A DNA stretch of 64,000 nt from a virus: positions 9,168-73,167 of the IMG/VR virus record IMGVR_UViG_3300045974_000100. One strand, given 5' to 3'. Numbering within the stretch: position 1 is the first letter of the stretch; every line of letters begins with the position of its first letter. Below are positions 1 through 9,273 of the stretch, in pieces. The notes under the pieces are model-generated. The model was not told the origin of the DNA and did not search any database. It saw only the letters and a list, made by a program, of their open reading frames with translations. The position numbers were made by a program, and so were the translations under genes.

Positions 1-125
1 ATGGACGGCCGCAGCTTGCGGGGACCGTTGATACCGGACCGGTCATAGATCTGGTCCTTGATCATCACTTCAGCCACGCGTTCGGCTGCTTCACGTGCGT
101 AGGGCGCGTTCCCTAGTTCAAACAT
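1..125 (-). CDS. 5' part of a gene truncated by the window edge; possibly a Cas4/PD-(D/E)XK exonuclease
   Basis: ATG at 125 overlaps the polymerase stop. Reads MFELGNAPYAREAAERVAEVMIKDQIYDRSGINGPRKLRPS; the 'LRPS' ending resembles the xxPS motif before the first Cys of phage Cas4-like nucleases. Product call is weak. Confidence 0.4.
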   Translation of the reverse strand, partial: MFELGNAPYAREAAERVAEVMIKDQIYDRSGINGPRKLRPS

Positions 126-2886
126 CGCCTTCGCGTCTTGCATCCTCGTCAAGGAGGGCAATCTGATCGGGGCTGCCAGCGGCCTTTCGTCGTTTGGTGA
201 CACGTTTTTCCACTTCTCCTAAGGGGAGATCATCCAAAGCGCCGTCATCTGCGAGCGCTCCGATGGTGCCTCCTGCTGCTGTGGTGGTGTGGCCTTGAAG
301 TATTGCGTTGCGCCCTGACACTGCACGGTGGTTCGCACGGGTGGCGAGGTCCACGACGCTCACGTAAGGGGAGTTGTCGATGATGGCTTGTGCTGCTTTT
401 TCACCTACACCGGTGATGGACACCAGACCCCGACGGATCGCGGTGGCTTCGTAGTCGACGACATACCCGAGTGAGGGCACGTTGACGTGTGGGGGAAGGA
501 TCTTCACCTTCGCTGCGCGGGCAGCCTTGGTGAACTTGGTTTGGTCCTCGGTGGCGTCGAACGCGTTGAGCATCGCGCACCAGAACTCGAGCGGGTGGTA
601 GATCTTGAACCAGGCCGTGATGTAGGCGTTGGCTGCATAGCCAGTGGCGTGAGCACGGTTGAACGAGTAGCCGGCGAACGCTTCAAGTGCGCGTTGAAGC
701 CAGGCGTAGTCTTCGTCGTTCATGCCTGCTTCACGAGCTAAGGCCTCCACGCGGATCAGCAGCTCGGCCAGGGTCTTCTTGGCGTTGCCGATGTTCTCGT
801 TGGAGGCCTTGATGGCTTTGCGGGCCTTCTCGATCTCTTCGATGGTCATGCCCAGGTTGCGGAAGATATCGAGCGCTTGCTCCTGGTACAAGAGCACACC
901 GTACGTGTCCTTCGTGCCGTCCATGAGGATCGGATGCCTCTGGGGGACGTCTTGCTTCTTGTGTTTACGGGCGATGTAGTCCTCAGTCGCACCGGAGTCC
1001 ATCGTCGCCGGCCGGAACAATGCCATGGCTGCGATGAGGTCGCCGAACTTCGTGGGCCGCAGACGTTTCGTCCCATACATGGACGCTTTGCCTTCCAGTT
1101 GGAAGACACCAGTGGTTTCACCCTTGGACAGCATTCGGTACACGGCGCTGTTGCTGAAGTTGATGGTGCCCAGGTCGACACCAGTGGACTCGATCATCTC
1201 CGCGAGCGCCGTGTAGGTCTTGAGTCCGAGGAAGTCCAACTTCAACAGGCCCAGACGTTCCACATCGTCCTTGTCCAATGCGGTGACCAACGTGCCCGAT
1301 GAGGCAATCCACACAAGTGGCACCACCGCATCGTCTTCAGGACTCGCGGTGACCAGCAGCCCTGCCGCACCCTTACCGGTGGAAATGTAGGGAGCACGCT
1401 TCTTGGCCTTGGACCCCAATGACTCAATGGCAGCCAACGCTTTGAAGTCTTCCGGTGGGATGGACTCCACCTTCGGCAACCCGGTGCGGGCACGCCACGT
1501 GTAGTACATCTTGATCAGCGAACCCTTGTCGGTGTCGTCGAAGTCTTTCTCCATCGACACCTGCGCCCACGTCCCGATATGGGTGACGCGGAAGTTGTTC
1601 GCCAACCAGTCCACAACCTCTTGGCGCCGTGACCCATCCACATCAATGTCAATGTCGGGTGGCTTCATGCGGTCACGGGACAGGAACCGGTCGAACCGTA
1701 GGTCCCATTTGATCGGGTCGAACTGGGTGATGTCAGTCAACCAACACACCAACGATCCCGACGCTGATCCGCGGATAGCGAAGAAGATGCCACGGGAACG
1801 GATGTAGTTCGTGACCGCGCGGACGAACAGGATGTAGCCAGAGAAGCCAGCCTCCTGCAGGACGTCCAACTCTTCTTGCATGCGTGAGTAGTAGTCGGCT
1901 TCCTTGGACTTGGGGATGCCGCCCGAGGCGATCACACGCCCGAGGGCCGTCTTACACAACATCTCCAACTCGGTGTCAGGTTGACCCAGGCCAGAGATGT
2001 CAGGCACAGACAGTTTGAAGTTCTCCAACTGGGGGATACGCACACCGACCAGGTCTTGTAGATAGAGCAGACCTTCACGTCCGGCTTCCAGCACCTCTTC
2101 GGTGTGATTGTCGACGAGCCAGTTCCAGTCAGCGATGTGGTACGGCCCGCCATCGAACTTGGCGTCATCACTGTCGTTCGACCACGACACAAGCTGCTTA
2201 TACGTGTCATGAATGGGCTGATGTTCCGGCAGCAGGTAATGGCTGTCTTGGGCCAGGATCATCGGCAGCCCCAGTTCGTTGGCCACCTTGAACAGGCGCT
2301 GGTTGTAGGCGGCGTCGTCATGCCATTCAGTGACGATGTCGTGGTTCTGCGCCTCGATGAAGAACCGGTCGTTGAACCAGCGCGCCAACGTGATCAGGAC
2401 GTTGTACAGGCCTGTGTCGTCATCAGCGGCGATGAGTGTGCCGGCGACCCCACTAATGCAGGACGTCGTGCAGGCAATGCCCTCGAGGCGGCCGTGAGCG
2501 AACGCTGCAGCAAGGTCAGCCATGTCGATCAGTGGCTTGTAGCGGAAGTTCCGCATCGAGTCGTTGACCAGGCGCACGAGGTTCAAATAGCCCTGGTAGT
2601 TCAGGGCCAACAGGATCATGTGGAACGACTTCGGCCTTAGCGCACCGATCCGGTCGTAGGTGACATACGCTTCCACACCCGGCACCGGTTCGATGTCACG
2701 TTTGCGGCATTCGGTGTACAGCCGGACGACTCCACCCATGTTGCCGTGGTCGGTGAGAGCCAAATGTGTGTAGTTCAGTTCAGCCGCCCGGTCCGCTATC
2801 GAATCGACAGTGGGGAGGGCATCTTTGAGGCTGAAACGAGAGTGAATGTGGGTCCACGGTTGCACAACTGTGTCACTGGGTGTCAT
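118..2886 (-). CDS. dnaE: DNA polymerase III alpha subunit (DnaE-type), phage-encoded
   Basis: PHP motifs HIHSRFS, LTDHG and QDSHY; RGSASGSLV; catalytic PDIDIDVD; GLLKLDFLGLKT; FAGYSFNRAHA; HhH GVGEKAA. Ends without an obvious OB-fold/CTD. Confidence 0.95.
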   Translation of the reverse strand: MTPSDTVVQPWTHIHSRFSLKDALPTVDSIADRAAELNYTHLALTDHGNMGGVVRLYTECRKRDIEPVPGVEAYVTYDRIGALRPKSFHMILLALNYQGYLNLVRLVNDSMRNFRYKPLIDMADLAAAFAHGRLEGIACTTSCISGVAGTLIAADDDTGLYNVLITLARWFNDRFFIEAQNHDIVTEWHDDAAYNQRLFKVANELGLPMILAQDSHYLLPEHQPIHDTYKQLVSWSNDSDDAKFDGGPYHIADWNWLVDNHTEEVLEAGREGLLYLQDLVGVRIPQLENFKLSVPDISGLGQPDTELEMLCKTALGRVIASGGIPKSKEADYYSRMQEELDVLQEAGFSGYILFVRAVTNYIRSRGIFFAIRGSASGSLVCWLTDITQFDPIKWDLRFDRFLSRDRMKPPDIDIDVDGSRRQEVVDWLANNFRVTHIGTWAQVSMEKDFDDTDKGSLIKMYYTWRARTGLPKVESIPPEDFKALAAIESLGSKAKKRAPYISTGKGAAGLLVTASPEDDAVVPLVWIASSGTLVTALDKDDVERLGLLKLDFLGLKTYTALAEMIESTGVDLGTINFSNSAVYRMLSKGETTGVFQLEGKASMYGTKRLRPTKFGDLIAAMALFRPATMDSGATEDYIARKHKKQDVPQRHPILMDGTKDTYGVLLYQEQALDIFRNLGMTIEEIEKARKAIKASNENIGNAKKTLAELLIRVEALAREAGMNDEDYAWLQRALEAFAGYSFNRAHATGYAANAYITAWFKIYHPLEFWCAMLNAFDATEDQTKFTKAARAAKVKILPPHVNVPSLGYVVDYEATAIRRGLVSITGVGEKAAQAIIDNSPYVSVVDLATRANHRAVSGRNAILQGHTTTAAGGTIGALADDGALDDLPLGEVEKRVTKRRKAAGSPDQIALLDEDARREGDV

Positions 2887-2936
2887 TCTGGTGGTCCTTG
2901 TGTGTATGCGTGTGGTGCGCAGCGTGTGTGGTTTGC

Positions 2937-2977
2937 AGAAAGGGCCCCCGTCCCGTGTCGAGGCGAGGGCCCTTTCT
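2937..2977. terminator. Bidirectional intrinsic terminator-like hairpin
   Basis: AGAAAGGGCCC(2937-2947)...GGGCCCTTTCT(2967-2977) inverted repeat between the SSB-like gene and dnaE. Confidence 0.7.
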
Positions 2978-2984
2978 CATGCCC

Positions 2985-3986
2985 CTAGAACGGGACGACG
3001 CGCAGTTCCTCAATGAGCTTCTTGAGTTCAGCCGTCTTCATCTCAGGGGTGACGGGCACACCACGAGCAGCCAAGAACTTGCGCAGCCGTGACGGCGACC
3101 ATGACTTCACTTCAGCCTCAGTGGGCAGTGGTGCCAGTTCCTTCTCATCCACCGGAGCGGGAGTGGGAGTGGCGATCGCGTCGAGCGTGTCACCGTAGCC
3201 GGCCGTCGGTGAAGCCAGCGGGTTATCGGCTGGGTTGCCCTCTTCCCACGGGTCAGACTGCTGTGGGTCCTCCACACCGGAGTCGATGAACGCCACAGCA
3301 CGAGCGCGAGCGTTGTCCTTCCACTCCTCGACGTTGAGCAGCAGGTCATCAGACACCGCGATCGCTGGCTTGTCGGGGAACGGCTCGACGTTGATCTCAC
3401 CCTTTTGCCCGTGGGCTTCGATCTTCCACAGGTACGAGGTGGGGTCCGAGGTCTTGGAGGCGTTGCGGAACGCAGCGAACAAGTCTTCGGTCTTGGTCTT
3501 ACCCACCACGCGCAGGATGATCGGACGCTTACCTTCGACAGCCTTGACCAGGCGGCCGTCCTTACCGGCAGCGGCGTGAACCAGGACGCACATCGCAAGA
3601 GCGTCGGACACAGATGCCATGTCGCGGCCGTCCTTGCGTGGGTACTTTGTGGAACCGGCGACAGCGTCGTAGTACGGGTCGTACTTGGCTCGACGTTCCG
3701 GCTCACCGGTGGTCGGGTTGATGAAGATGCCAGGCTCGACGTCTTCCACGGGGAAGGTACGCAATGACGACGGCATGTCGCGCTTGCCGTGCGACTCCTT
3801 CAAACCGTCGAAGGCCATGACCTCGCGGTAGAACACCCAGTCGGTGTGGGGTTCGAGGAACTGCAACCACACGACACCGTCCTTGGGGGTGAGGGCTGCA
3901 GAGAACACACCGTTGGATTCGGTGCCTGATCCTTCTTCTTTGCCAGCCCAGCCGGCACCGATGAAGTCTTCGGGGTTGTAACTCAC
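2985..3986 (-). CDS. Putative single-stranded DNA-binding protein
   Basis: Lies in the replication cluster; acidic/Pro-rich linker, small helical C-terminal domain and terminal 'VPF' typical of SSB tips. GTG at 3986 follows AAGGAG. Confidence 0.55.
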   Translation of the reverse strand: MSYNPEDFIGAGWAGKEEGSGTESNGVFSAALTPKDGVVWLQFLEPHTDWVFYREVMAFDGLKESHGKRDMPSSLRTFPVEDVEPGIFINPTTGEPERRAKYDPYYDAVAGSTKYPRKDGRDMASVSDALAMCVLVHAAAGKDGRLVKAVEGKRPIILRVVGKTKTEDLFAAFRNASKTSDPTSYLWKIEAHGQKGEINVEPFPDKPAIAVSDDLLLNVEEWKDNARARAVAFIDSGVEDPQQSDPWEEGNPADNPLASPTAGYGDTLDAIATPTPAPVDEKELAPLPTEAEVKSWSPSRLRKFLAARGVPVTPEMKTAELKKLIEELRVVPF

Positions 3987-3990
3987 GAGG

Positions 3991-4224
3991 TCATGCTCCT
4001 TGACGTAGGTGGTTGAGGAAGGCTTCGGTGTTCGCATCGAGTGAGGCCATCGTGTAGCCCTGGATGCGTTCGGACGCGTCGTATGGGTCTTCGCCCGGTT
4101 GGACGTAGCCTTCCCACTCGACGGACACGTAGTTGCGTTCGCCGCGGAACATCACGGCTTCGGTGACTTTCATCGTCACCTTGTCCTGACCAACAGTGCT
4201 GATCAGTTCTCCAAACTCAGTCAT
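3991..4224 (-). CDS. Hypothetical protein
   Basis: ATG 4224 overlaps the upstream stop; MTEFGELISTVG... Confidence 0.6.
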   Translation of the reverse strand: MTEFGELISTVGQDKVTMKVTEAVMFRGERNYVSVEWEGYVQPGEDPYDASERIQGYTMASLDANTEAFLNHLRQGA

Positions 4225-4684
4225 CGTGGGCCTCTGGTGGTGTGGTGGAGTCGTCCTTGATTGCGACGTGTGGTTTGCGAGTCTTGGGAACACGAATCGC
4301 GTCGTACTGCTCTTGTGTGACTTCGCCGCTGCGCACAAGCATCTTGAGCCGTTCAGGCTGAACCTTGTACTTGGGCTGCCAGGCGGCAAACTTCTTGATG
4401 GTCTCCGTGGGCAAAAGCCGGTAGATCGCCACTGGGTCGTATTCATCCCAGTCGTCTGTGTACACCGGGTTCACGGTCACGTACTTCTGCAACATCGGAT
4501 CCCACGCGCGATAGCGGTCTTCACCCACCATCGGCATCAACATTTCGTTGATTTCTTCGTTCTCAGCCTTCAGCTTCTCCATGATGCGTTTGTTCGTGAG
4601 GAAGCGTTCAACGAGTGGTTCGAGTTCGTCTGGCCCGTCATCCAAGGACAGGATGGGCCTGGGTTCTTCGGGTGGTGTGGTCAT
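4217..4684 (-). CDS. Hypothetical protein (coiled-coil N-terminus)
   Basis: ATGA-coupled to the primase gene; normal protein composition. Confidence 0.7.
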   Translation of the reverse strand: MTTPPEEPRPILSLDDGPDELEPLVERFLTNKRIMEKLKAENEEINEMLMPMVGEDRYRAWDPMLQKYVTVNPVYTDDWDEYDPVAIYRLLPTETIKKFAAWQPKYKVQPERLKMLVRSGEVTQEQYDAIRVPKTRKPHVAIKDDSTTPPEAHDD

Positions 4685-5505
4685 AGGTGGCTTTCGTGAT
4701 AGGTGATGTCGAGGATGTCGATGCGCTGTCGTGCCGTGAGGTCGCCCGGATCCGCAACTGCAGGATCGAATCTAGACCAGTCCACTGACACCACAGGCGC
4801 GATCGTATTGAGATGATGCATGGCGGCGTCCATGCCGTTGCGCCCGGCCTTGTCGGCGTCGAAGCCGAGCAAGATCCGTCGCGGCGCCATCGTTCTGATG
4901 TGCTGGATCTGTGGGAAGTGCAAGTTCGATCCGAACACACCGGCCAGGGTGATGTTGTCGATCGAGTTCCTGATCTCATCGAGTGCCATGACCCCGGATG
5001 CTCCTTCGACCAGGAGTAGGTCGCTGCCCCGTACGGTGCCGAAGAACAAGGTTTGTGACGCGCGTACGTTCCACGGGTACCGGTATTTGGGTTGGCCGTC
5101 GGTGCGTGTGATGACACCCCACAGATCACCAGTCAGTGACCGCATCGGATAGGTGGGGTAGCCCGTCAACGGCATCGTGCCGCAACGGAAGTTGGCTGCC
5201 ACCTGTTTGCCGTAACGTTGCGACCAGTACGGGGATGGCCAGTTCCCGGCACCGTCGAACATGTTGAGCCATTCCTCTGGGTAGATGTGAGGTGGCTGCT
5301 CAATGTCCAATCCGCGCAGCAGCGTTTCAGTGGACGGAACATAGTCCTCAACCTTGCCGGTGGCACCGCACGCATAGCAGTACCAGACACCTTTGAGCAC
5401 GTTCACTGACGCTGAAGCATCGTGGTCGTCGTGGGCTTCGCACAGGAATGGGCGTTCCTCCCCTCGTCCTGTGTGGAGTGCTTCTTGCAACGACATGGGC
5501 CGCAT
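4681..5505 (-). CDS. DNA primase (Zn-finger + Toprim)
   Basis: CEAHDD...CYACG zinc finger; KYRYP; LLVEGASG and GFDADKAG Toprim motifs. ATG 5505 follows AAAGGAG. Confidence 0.9.
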   Translation of the reverse strand: MRPMSLQEALHTGRGEERPFLCEAHDDHDASASVNVLKGVWYCYACGATGKVEDYVPSTETLLRGLDIEQPPHIYPEEWLNMFDGAGNWPSPYWSQRYGKQVAANFRCGTMPLTGYPTYPMRSLTGDLWGVITRTDGQPKYRYPWNVRASQTLFFGTVRGSDLLLVEGASGVMALDEIRNSIDNITLAGVFGSNLHFPQIQHIRTMAPRRILLGFDADKAGRNGMDAAMHHLNTIAPVVSVDWSRFDPAVADPGDLTARQRIDILDITYHESHL

Positions 5506-5517
5506 GGGGCTCCTTTC

Positions 5518-5558
5518 GGGTATGACAAAACAGACCCACCCAACGTGGGGTAGGCCTG
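5518..5558 (-). terminator. Terminator-like hairpin between helicase and primase
   Basis: Minus strand CAGGCCTACCC-cacgtt-GGGTGGGTCTG followed by TTTTGTCATACCC. Confidence 0.6.
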
Positions 5559-5566
5559 CCTGTGTG

Positions 5567-6841
5567 TCAGTGACGTGCTTTGAACGCCTCGGCTTGCTTC
5601 TCGGTGACTTCGCCGAACACCAACTTGTTGGGATCTGACCAGGTGTAGAACGGTTTGCAGATCTCACCGTTGCGGTTCTTCATCATCGAATGCTTGATCA
5701 TGAGGCGTTGGTTCACCAGGGCTTGTTCGGCCAAGATGAGGTCGGCATCCATACCAAGGGAGTCTGACCCGAAGAGGTCTTCGATCCGTGGCTCTTTGGC
5801 ATTGCCTTCACGGTTGACTCCAGCCGCGGTCCTATTGAACTGGACTGCTGAGAGCAAAGGGATGTCATTGCGTTGAGCGACATTGTGCAGCTCCTGACTG
5901 ACAGCCATGATGCGGTCCGACGGTGAGGCTGACTTGTGCAGATGGTTGGCACGCAGTAACTGGATGTGGTCGATGACCATGAGCGTGTCGGGCTCGGCCC
6001 AGTCCTCAAGGTCATTGACGTTGACCGAGGGCAATTCCTTGGTGGTGATGACGTTGATGTGGCCTGACTCTTCCTGCCATTGGTCGAGCAGGTCGTACTT
6101 GGTGCGCATATCGATGTCGGCCCAGTTGCCCTTGTACGAGTTGCGCAACATGTACCGGTAGAGCCTGTCAGCCATGCGGGACGTCTTCATCTCCAGTGAG
6201 AAGAAGTTGACGTTCCACCCGTACTCGGCTGCCGTGACTGCATGTTCAACCAGACGCCACGTTTTGCCCACACCCATGCGTGCCGCGATGAGCCACACTT
6301 CACCCGGTTGATGGCCGTTGGTGACGCGTTGCAGTTCATCACCGGGTACTGGGCATCCTTCGGCTTCGTTCTCGTCAGCCCTGTACTCGACGACGTTGAT
6401 GCCTGGTTTGGTCAACGACCGGATGGTACCCAACGAGTTCTGCAAACTTTTGACGATGTCGATGGGTTCGTCCACGTCGATCGAGCGCACCGCATCACCG
6501 AGACTGGATCGCAGTTCACGGTTCTGTGTGTCCCGGTTGACTTCGCCTGCAGCCCAGGTGATGGAGATGTCTGGTGCATAGGTGAACGTGGGGAACTTCG
6601 ACTGCACCAAGGTGACTGCGGGTGCTTGGCCGGCGCGATGCTGATAGTCGGTGCAGAACCGATGGACCAGCGTGTGTGCGACGAAGTCCTTGTCCTTGAT
6701 GCCGTACTTGCCTGGGGCGTACTCGCCTGTCTCAAGCAGGGCCGAGATGAAGTAGGCCTCGTTGTTGATGATGGGTGCGTTGGTGCCGGCTGGCCGCAGT
6801 TGGGTGACTGAGGCTTTAGCCGAACCGGTGTCGGTTGGCAT
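5567..6841 (-). CDS. dnaB: DnaB-like replicative helicase
   Basis: Walker A AARMGVGKT, FFSLEM, VIDHIQLL, AVQFNR, GSDSLGMDAD, KNRNG. Confidence 0.93.
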   Translation of the reverse strand: MPTDTGSAKASVTQLRPAGTNAPIINNEAYFISALLETGEYAPGKYGIKDKDFVAHTLVHRFCTDYQHRAGQAPAVTLVQSKFPTFTYAPDISITWAAGEVNRDTQNRELRSSLGDAVRSIDVDEPIDIVKSLQNSLGTIRSLTKPGINVVEYRADENEAEGCPVPGDELQRVTNGHQPGEVWLIAARMGVGKTWRLVEHAVTAAEYGWNVNFFSLEMKTSRMADRLYRYMLRNSYKGNWADIDMRTKYDLLDQWQEESGHINVITTKELPSVNVNDLEDWAEPDTLMVIDHIQLLRANHLHKSASPSDRIMAVSQELHNVAQRNDIPLLSAVQFNRTAAGVNREGNAKEPRIEDLFGSDSLGMDADLILAEQALVNQRLMIKHSMMKNRNGEICKPFYTWSDPNKLVFGEVTEKQAEAFKARH

Positions 6842-6901
6842 AGGGGTCCTTGTGGTCCGTGGTGTGTGGATTGCACGCTACTCCCGGCTAAGGACTCCGA
6901 G

Positions 6902-7612
6902 TCAAGCCCGTGACGCATCCATGTGTCGTAGTTCCTCCCGATAATCGGTGAAGGCCTGGTAGGCGAAGGAGGGTGCGAGTGCTCGAGCAACCGACTCACC
7001 GTAGACAGGTCCGTGTTGCGCAATGAGTTCCGCTGTGTCGTCCTGAGACTCATAGAGAACACTCAACGCCCACACATCACCCTTGAGGTAGGCGTCGACA
7101 GCTTCCACATCGGTGAGCATGCAGCCATGCAGGAACTCTGCGAACAGGCCGTCAGATTCCAAGCCAGCATTTCGTTCCATGGTGCGTTGACGGGTCGTCT
7201 GGTTGTCGAACATGAACCCGATGAACGACGAGTCCCACCGGTCACTGAATGGATTGTGGTCCAGGTGGTAGAACGTCCGGTCGCCCTCTTCGATGGGTTT
7301 GCCCGCGCGGATTGATTGCCCTGAATGCTCGTACATCCAGATGGGCAGGATCAGCAGCGGCGAGTAGAGATCAGTGATGAGGTCGTACATCTCCAGCTCG
7401 TTGGCGTGCTTGGCGTAGGCGATCATCAACGGTTCGAGGCCGTCGACGTCACCCATGTACTCACCTCGAATCCAGATGGCAAGGTTGCCGTCCAGGTCAC
7501 CGGTGTCATCGCGTGGCCACAGGCTTTGGTCCTCGGTGTCGAGTTCGTAGCCACGCACGACCAGGTGCTTGGTGTCATCGCGGAACATTTCATCGCTGTC
7601 GGCTGGTGCCAT
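6902..7612 (-). CDS. Hypothetical protein
   Basis: 236-aa ORF, TGATG-coupled; LPIWMYEHSG and DAYLKGDVW look like conserved phage motifs. Confidence 0.7.
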   Translation of the reverse strand: MAPADSDEMFRDDTKHLVVRGYELDTEDQSLWPRDDTGDLDGNLAIWIRGEYMGDVDGLEPLMIAYAKHANELEMYDLITDLYSPLLILPIWMYEHSGQSIRAGKPIEEGDRTFYHLDHNPFSDRWDSSFIGFMFDNQTTRQRTMERNAGLESDGLFAEFLHGCMLTDVEAVDAYLKGDVWALSVLYESQDDTAELIAQHGPVYGESVARALAPSFAYQAFTDYREELRHMDASRA

Positions 7613-7911
7613 CAGTGGCCTGCTTTCTGCTGCTCATGGTCTTCAAGCCAAGATGAGCGGGCAATCCGTAACTGTCGCTGCTCTTCGACGAGCGCGTCCG
7701 CCTGGGCAGATTCACCGGGGAGGAAGCCACCGAGAGAGTGAAATCGGGCCTGGAACTCTCCCCACAGGACAGGGAAGGCCTTCTTGAGCAGTTCGAGGTT
7801 GTCAGGGTCGGCTTTGTAGCAGGCCGCCATTATCAGCGTGGCGAACGTGGGTATGTCCTCAAGGATGCCGGCGTTGAGGTCCAGGGCCTTGATGTAGTCG
7901 TGGTGGCTCAT
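7612..7911 (-). CDS. Hypothetical protein
   Basis: Coupled ORF; FATLIMAACYKADPDNLELLKKAFP. Confidence 0.7.
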   Translation of the reverse strand: MSHHDYIKALDLNAGILEDIPTFATLIMAACYKADPDNLELLKKAFPVLWGEFQARFHSLGGFLPGESAQADALVEEQRQLRIARSSWLEDHEQQKAGH

Positions 7912-8120
7912 TGCGTCCTCGCTTGTGGTGAACGGGGCAAGTCAACGGTGTACACAGCCTCGACGAGGTAGCACACCTTGCCTTCGTAGTCATTGGTGCG
8001 TGAGACCTTGAGGGTGGTGTCCCTGCACTTGCCCGTAGCAATGGCATCAGCCATCTCGCGCAGGTATGTAGCCAGACTCACCGGGTACACCAGCAAGCCT
8101 TCGTCCGCGACGTGAGCCAT
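7908..8120 (-). CDS. Hypothetical protein
   Basis: ATG 8120 in a TGATG overlap with the upstream gene. Confidence 0.55.
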   Translation of the reverse strand: MAHVADEGLLVYPVSLATYLREMADAIATGKCRDTTLKVSRTNDYEGKVCYLVEAVYTVDLPRSPQARTQ

Positions 8121-8515
8121 CAGCCACCATCCCTCAGGTCTGGCTCGAACTGGCCGATCGCGAAACACCAGAGCCATGAGGACCCATCGACGTAAAGCCG
8201 CGGGTAGTCCCATGGGTCCTGGTTGGGCTCAGCGAGGTAGCGCACCTCATCCAAGGGAGCACCAGGCATGAGGACCTCGATCTGTGCTCCACCGGTGATC
8301 TCGACGATGAAGGTCCAGCGTCCCTCGTCCGGCTCAATGGGATTGATCCACCAGGCGATGCGGTCGTTGTAGTCCGGATAGGCGTCAAGGACGTCGGTGA
8401 TGAAGGCTGCCATGTTCTTCATGGCGTGGCTCTCGGTGATCTCCTCAGCGATAACGGGGCCGGTGCCGGGGTTGATGTGGATCCGAGCCAGGGGGTTGAA
8501 GTAACGGCCGGTCAT
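8120..8515 (-). CDS. Hypothetical protein
   Basis: Coupled ORF; PRLYVDGSSWLW. Confidence 0.7.
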   Translation of the reverse strand: MTGRYFNPLARIHINPGTGPVIAEEITESHAMKNMAAFITDVLDAYPDYNDRIAWWINPIEPDEGRWTFIVEITGGAQIEVLMPGAPLDEVRYLAEPNQDPWDYPRLYVDGSSWLWCFAIGQFEPDLRDGG

Positions 8516-8778
8516 GATGCTCCCTCGATGTCTTTGATGCGGTCAGCGATCTCCTCGAGCGAGGTGACGATGTCGTGGAGTGCAGCGATCTTGGCCATCT
8601 CGATTTCAGCCATGAATGTGTCGTGGGCTACTTGCTGGTGGAGCCGGTTGGCTTCGATGGTCGCTCGGACGTCACCACCTCGTGGTGGGAGGTTGAGGAC
8701 CTCGGCGCCGATGCTGATGAAGTCAATTTGGTGTGAGGCCATGTCCTTGCGGGCGCGTAGACGTTCAACTGCGTTCAT
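8512..8778 (-). CDS. Hypothetical protein, first gene of the leftward operon
   Basis: AAGGA RBS upstream; ATGA-coupled to the next gene. Confidence 0.65.
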   Translation of the reverse strand: MNAVERLRARKDMASHQIDFISIGAEVLNLPPRGGDVRATIEANRLHQQVAHDTFMAEIEMAKIAALHDIVTSLEEIADRIKDIEGAS

Positions 8779-8798
8779 GTGTGGTCCTTCCTATGTGC

Positions 8799-8857
8799 GG
8801 GCATGCAAAAGGTAGGGAGATCTGCGGGTGCGCGTGCTACCTACAGTTCTCCCTACC
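8799..8857 (-). terminator. Promoter-proximal hairpin with U-tract
   Basis: GGTAGGGAGA(8811-8820)/TCTCCCTACC(8848-8857) stem followed on the minus strand by TTTTGCATGCCC. Confidence 0.6.
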
Positions 8858-8866
8858 CTGGATCTG

Positions 8867-8888
8867 AGTATACCAGAGGGGTGTGACA
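8867..8888 (-). promoter_or_regulatory. Leftward promoter, TGTCAC-N10-TATACT (RecA-NDp/PafBC-like architecture)
   Basis: Minus strand TGTCAC ACCCCTCTGG TATACT. Confidence 0.55.
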
Positions 8889-8930
8889 CATGTATAGCCA
8901 TGAGTGACACATGTATCCCCATCAGTGACA
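8883..8930 (+). repeat. 21-bp-period direct repeats (GTGACACATGTAT)
   Basis: GTGACACATGTATAGCCATGA (8883), GTGACACATGTATCCCCATCA (8904), partial GTGACA (8925). Confidence 0.8.
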
Positions 8931-8981
8931 GCCTGAGACACAGCCCAACACGTCGGTTGTTTTCTTTTTCGATTTCTGCGC

Positions 8982-9012
8982 TATACTGCTTTTGACCTTG
9001 ACGTACGTCAAG
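8982..9012 (+). promoter_or_regulatory. Rightward -10 (TATACT) followed by a perfect 16-bp palindrome
   Basis: TATACT at 8982-8987 after a T-rich tract; CTTGACGTACGTCAAG at 8997-9012. Confidence 0.45.
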
Positions 9013-9273
9013 TTAGCCCTTCGGGCTCAACCCGGCTGGCGCCGACCCGAAAGAAGGCGCAAAGCCGGAGGTTAGAACTACAACAACAAGCTTTACGTAA
9101 AGATAAATAGTTGGAGACAACTCGACTGAATAAATGACGGCCGCTACGCACTGAGCAGGTGCTAGGCGGCCATTGTCATGTCTAGATGTAAGAACTTCCC
9201 TGGCGGGAGTAACCTTCCCTGGTAGAAGCACTTCACCTGGTCTAACCCCAAGAAGCCGCTCACCAGGAGAGAC

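Noticed and set aside
118-2886. Intein or intron in dnaE (also checked terminase and helicase)
   Set aside because: Motifs are contiguous at normal spacing; no intein termini or homing-endonuclease motifs seen.
8883-8945. Possible mini-CRISPR array
   Set aside because: Only two full 13-bp repeats with 8-bp gaps; no spacers of CRISPR length and no cas operon.
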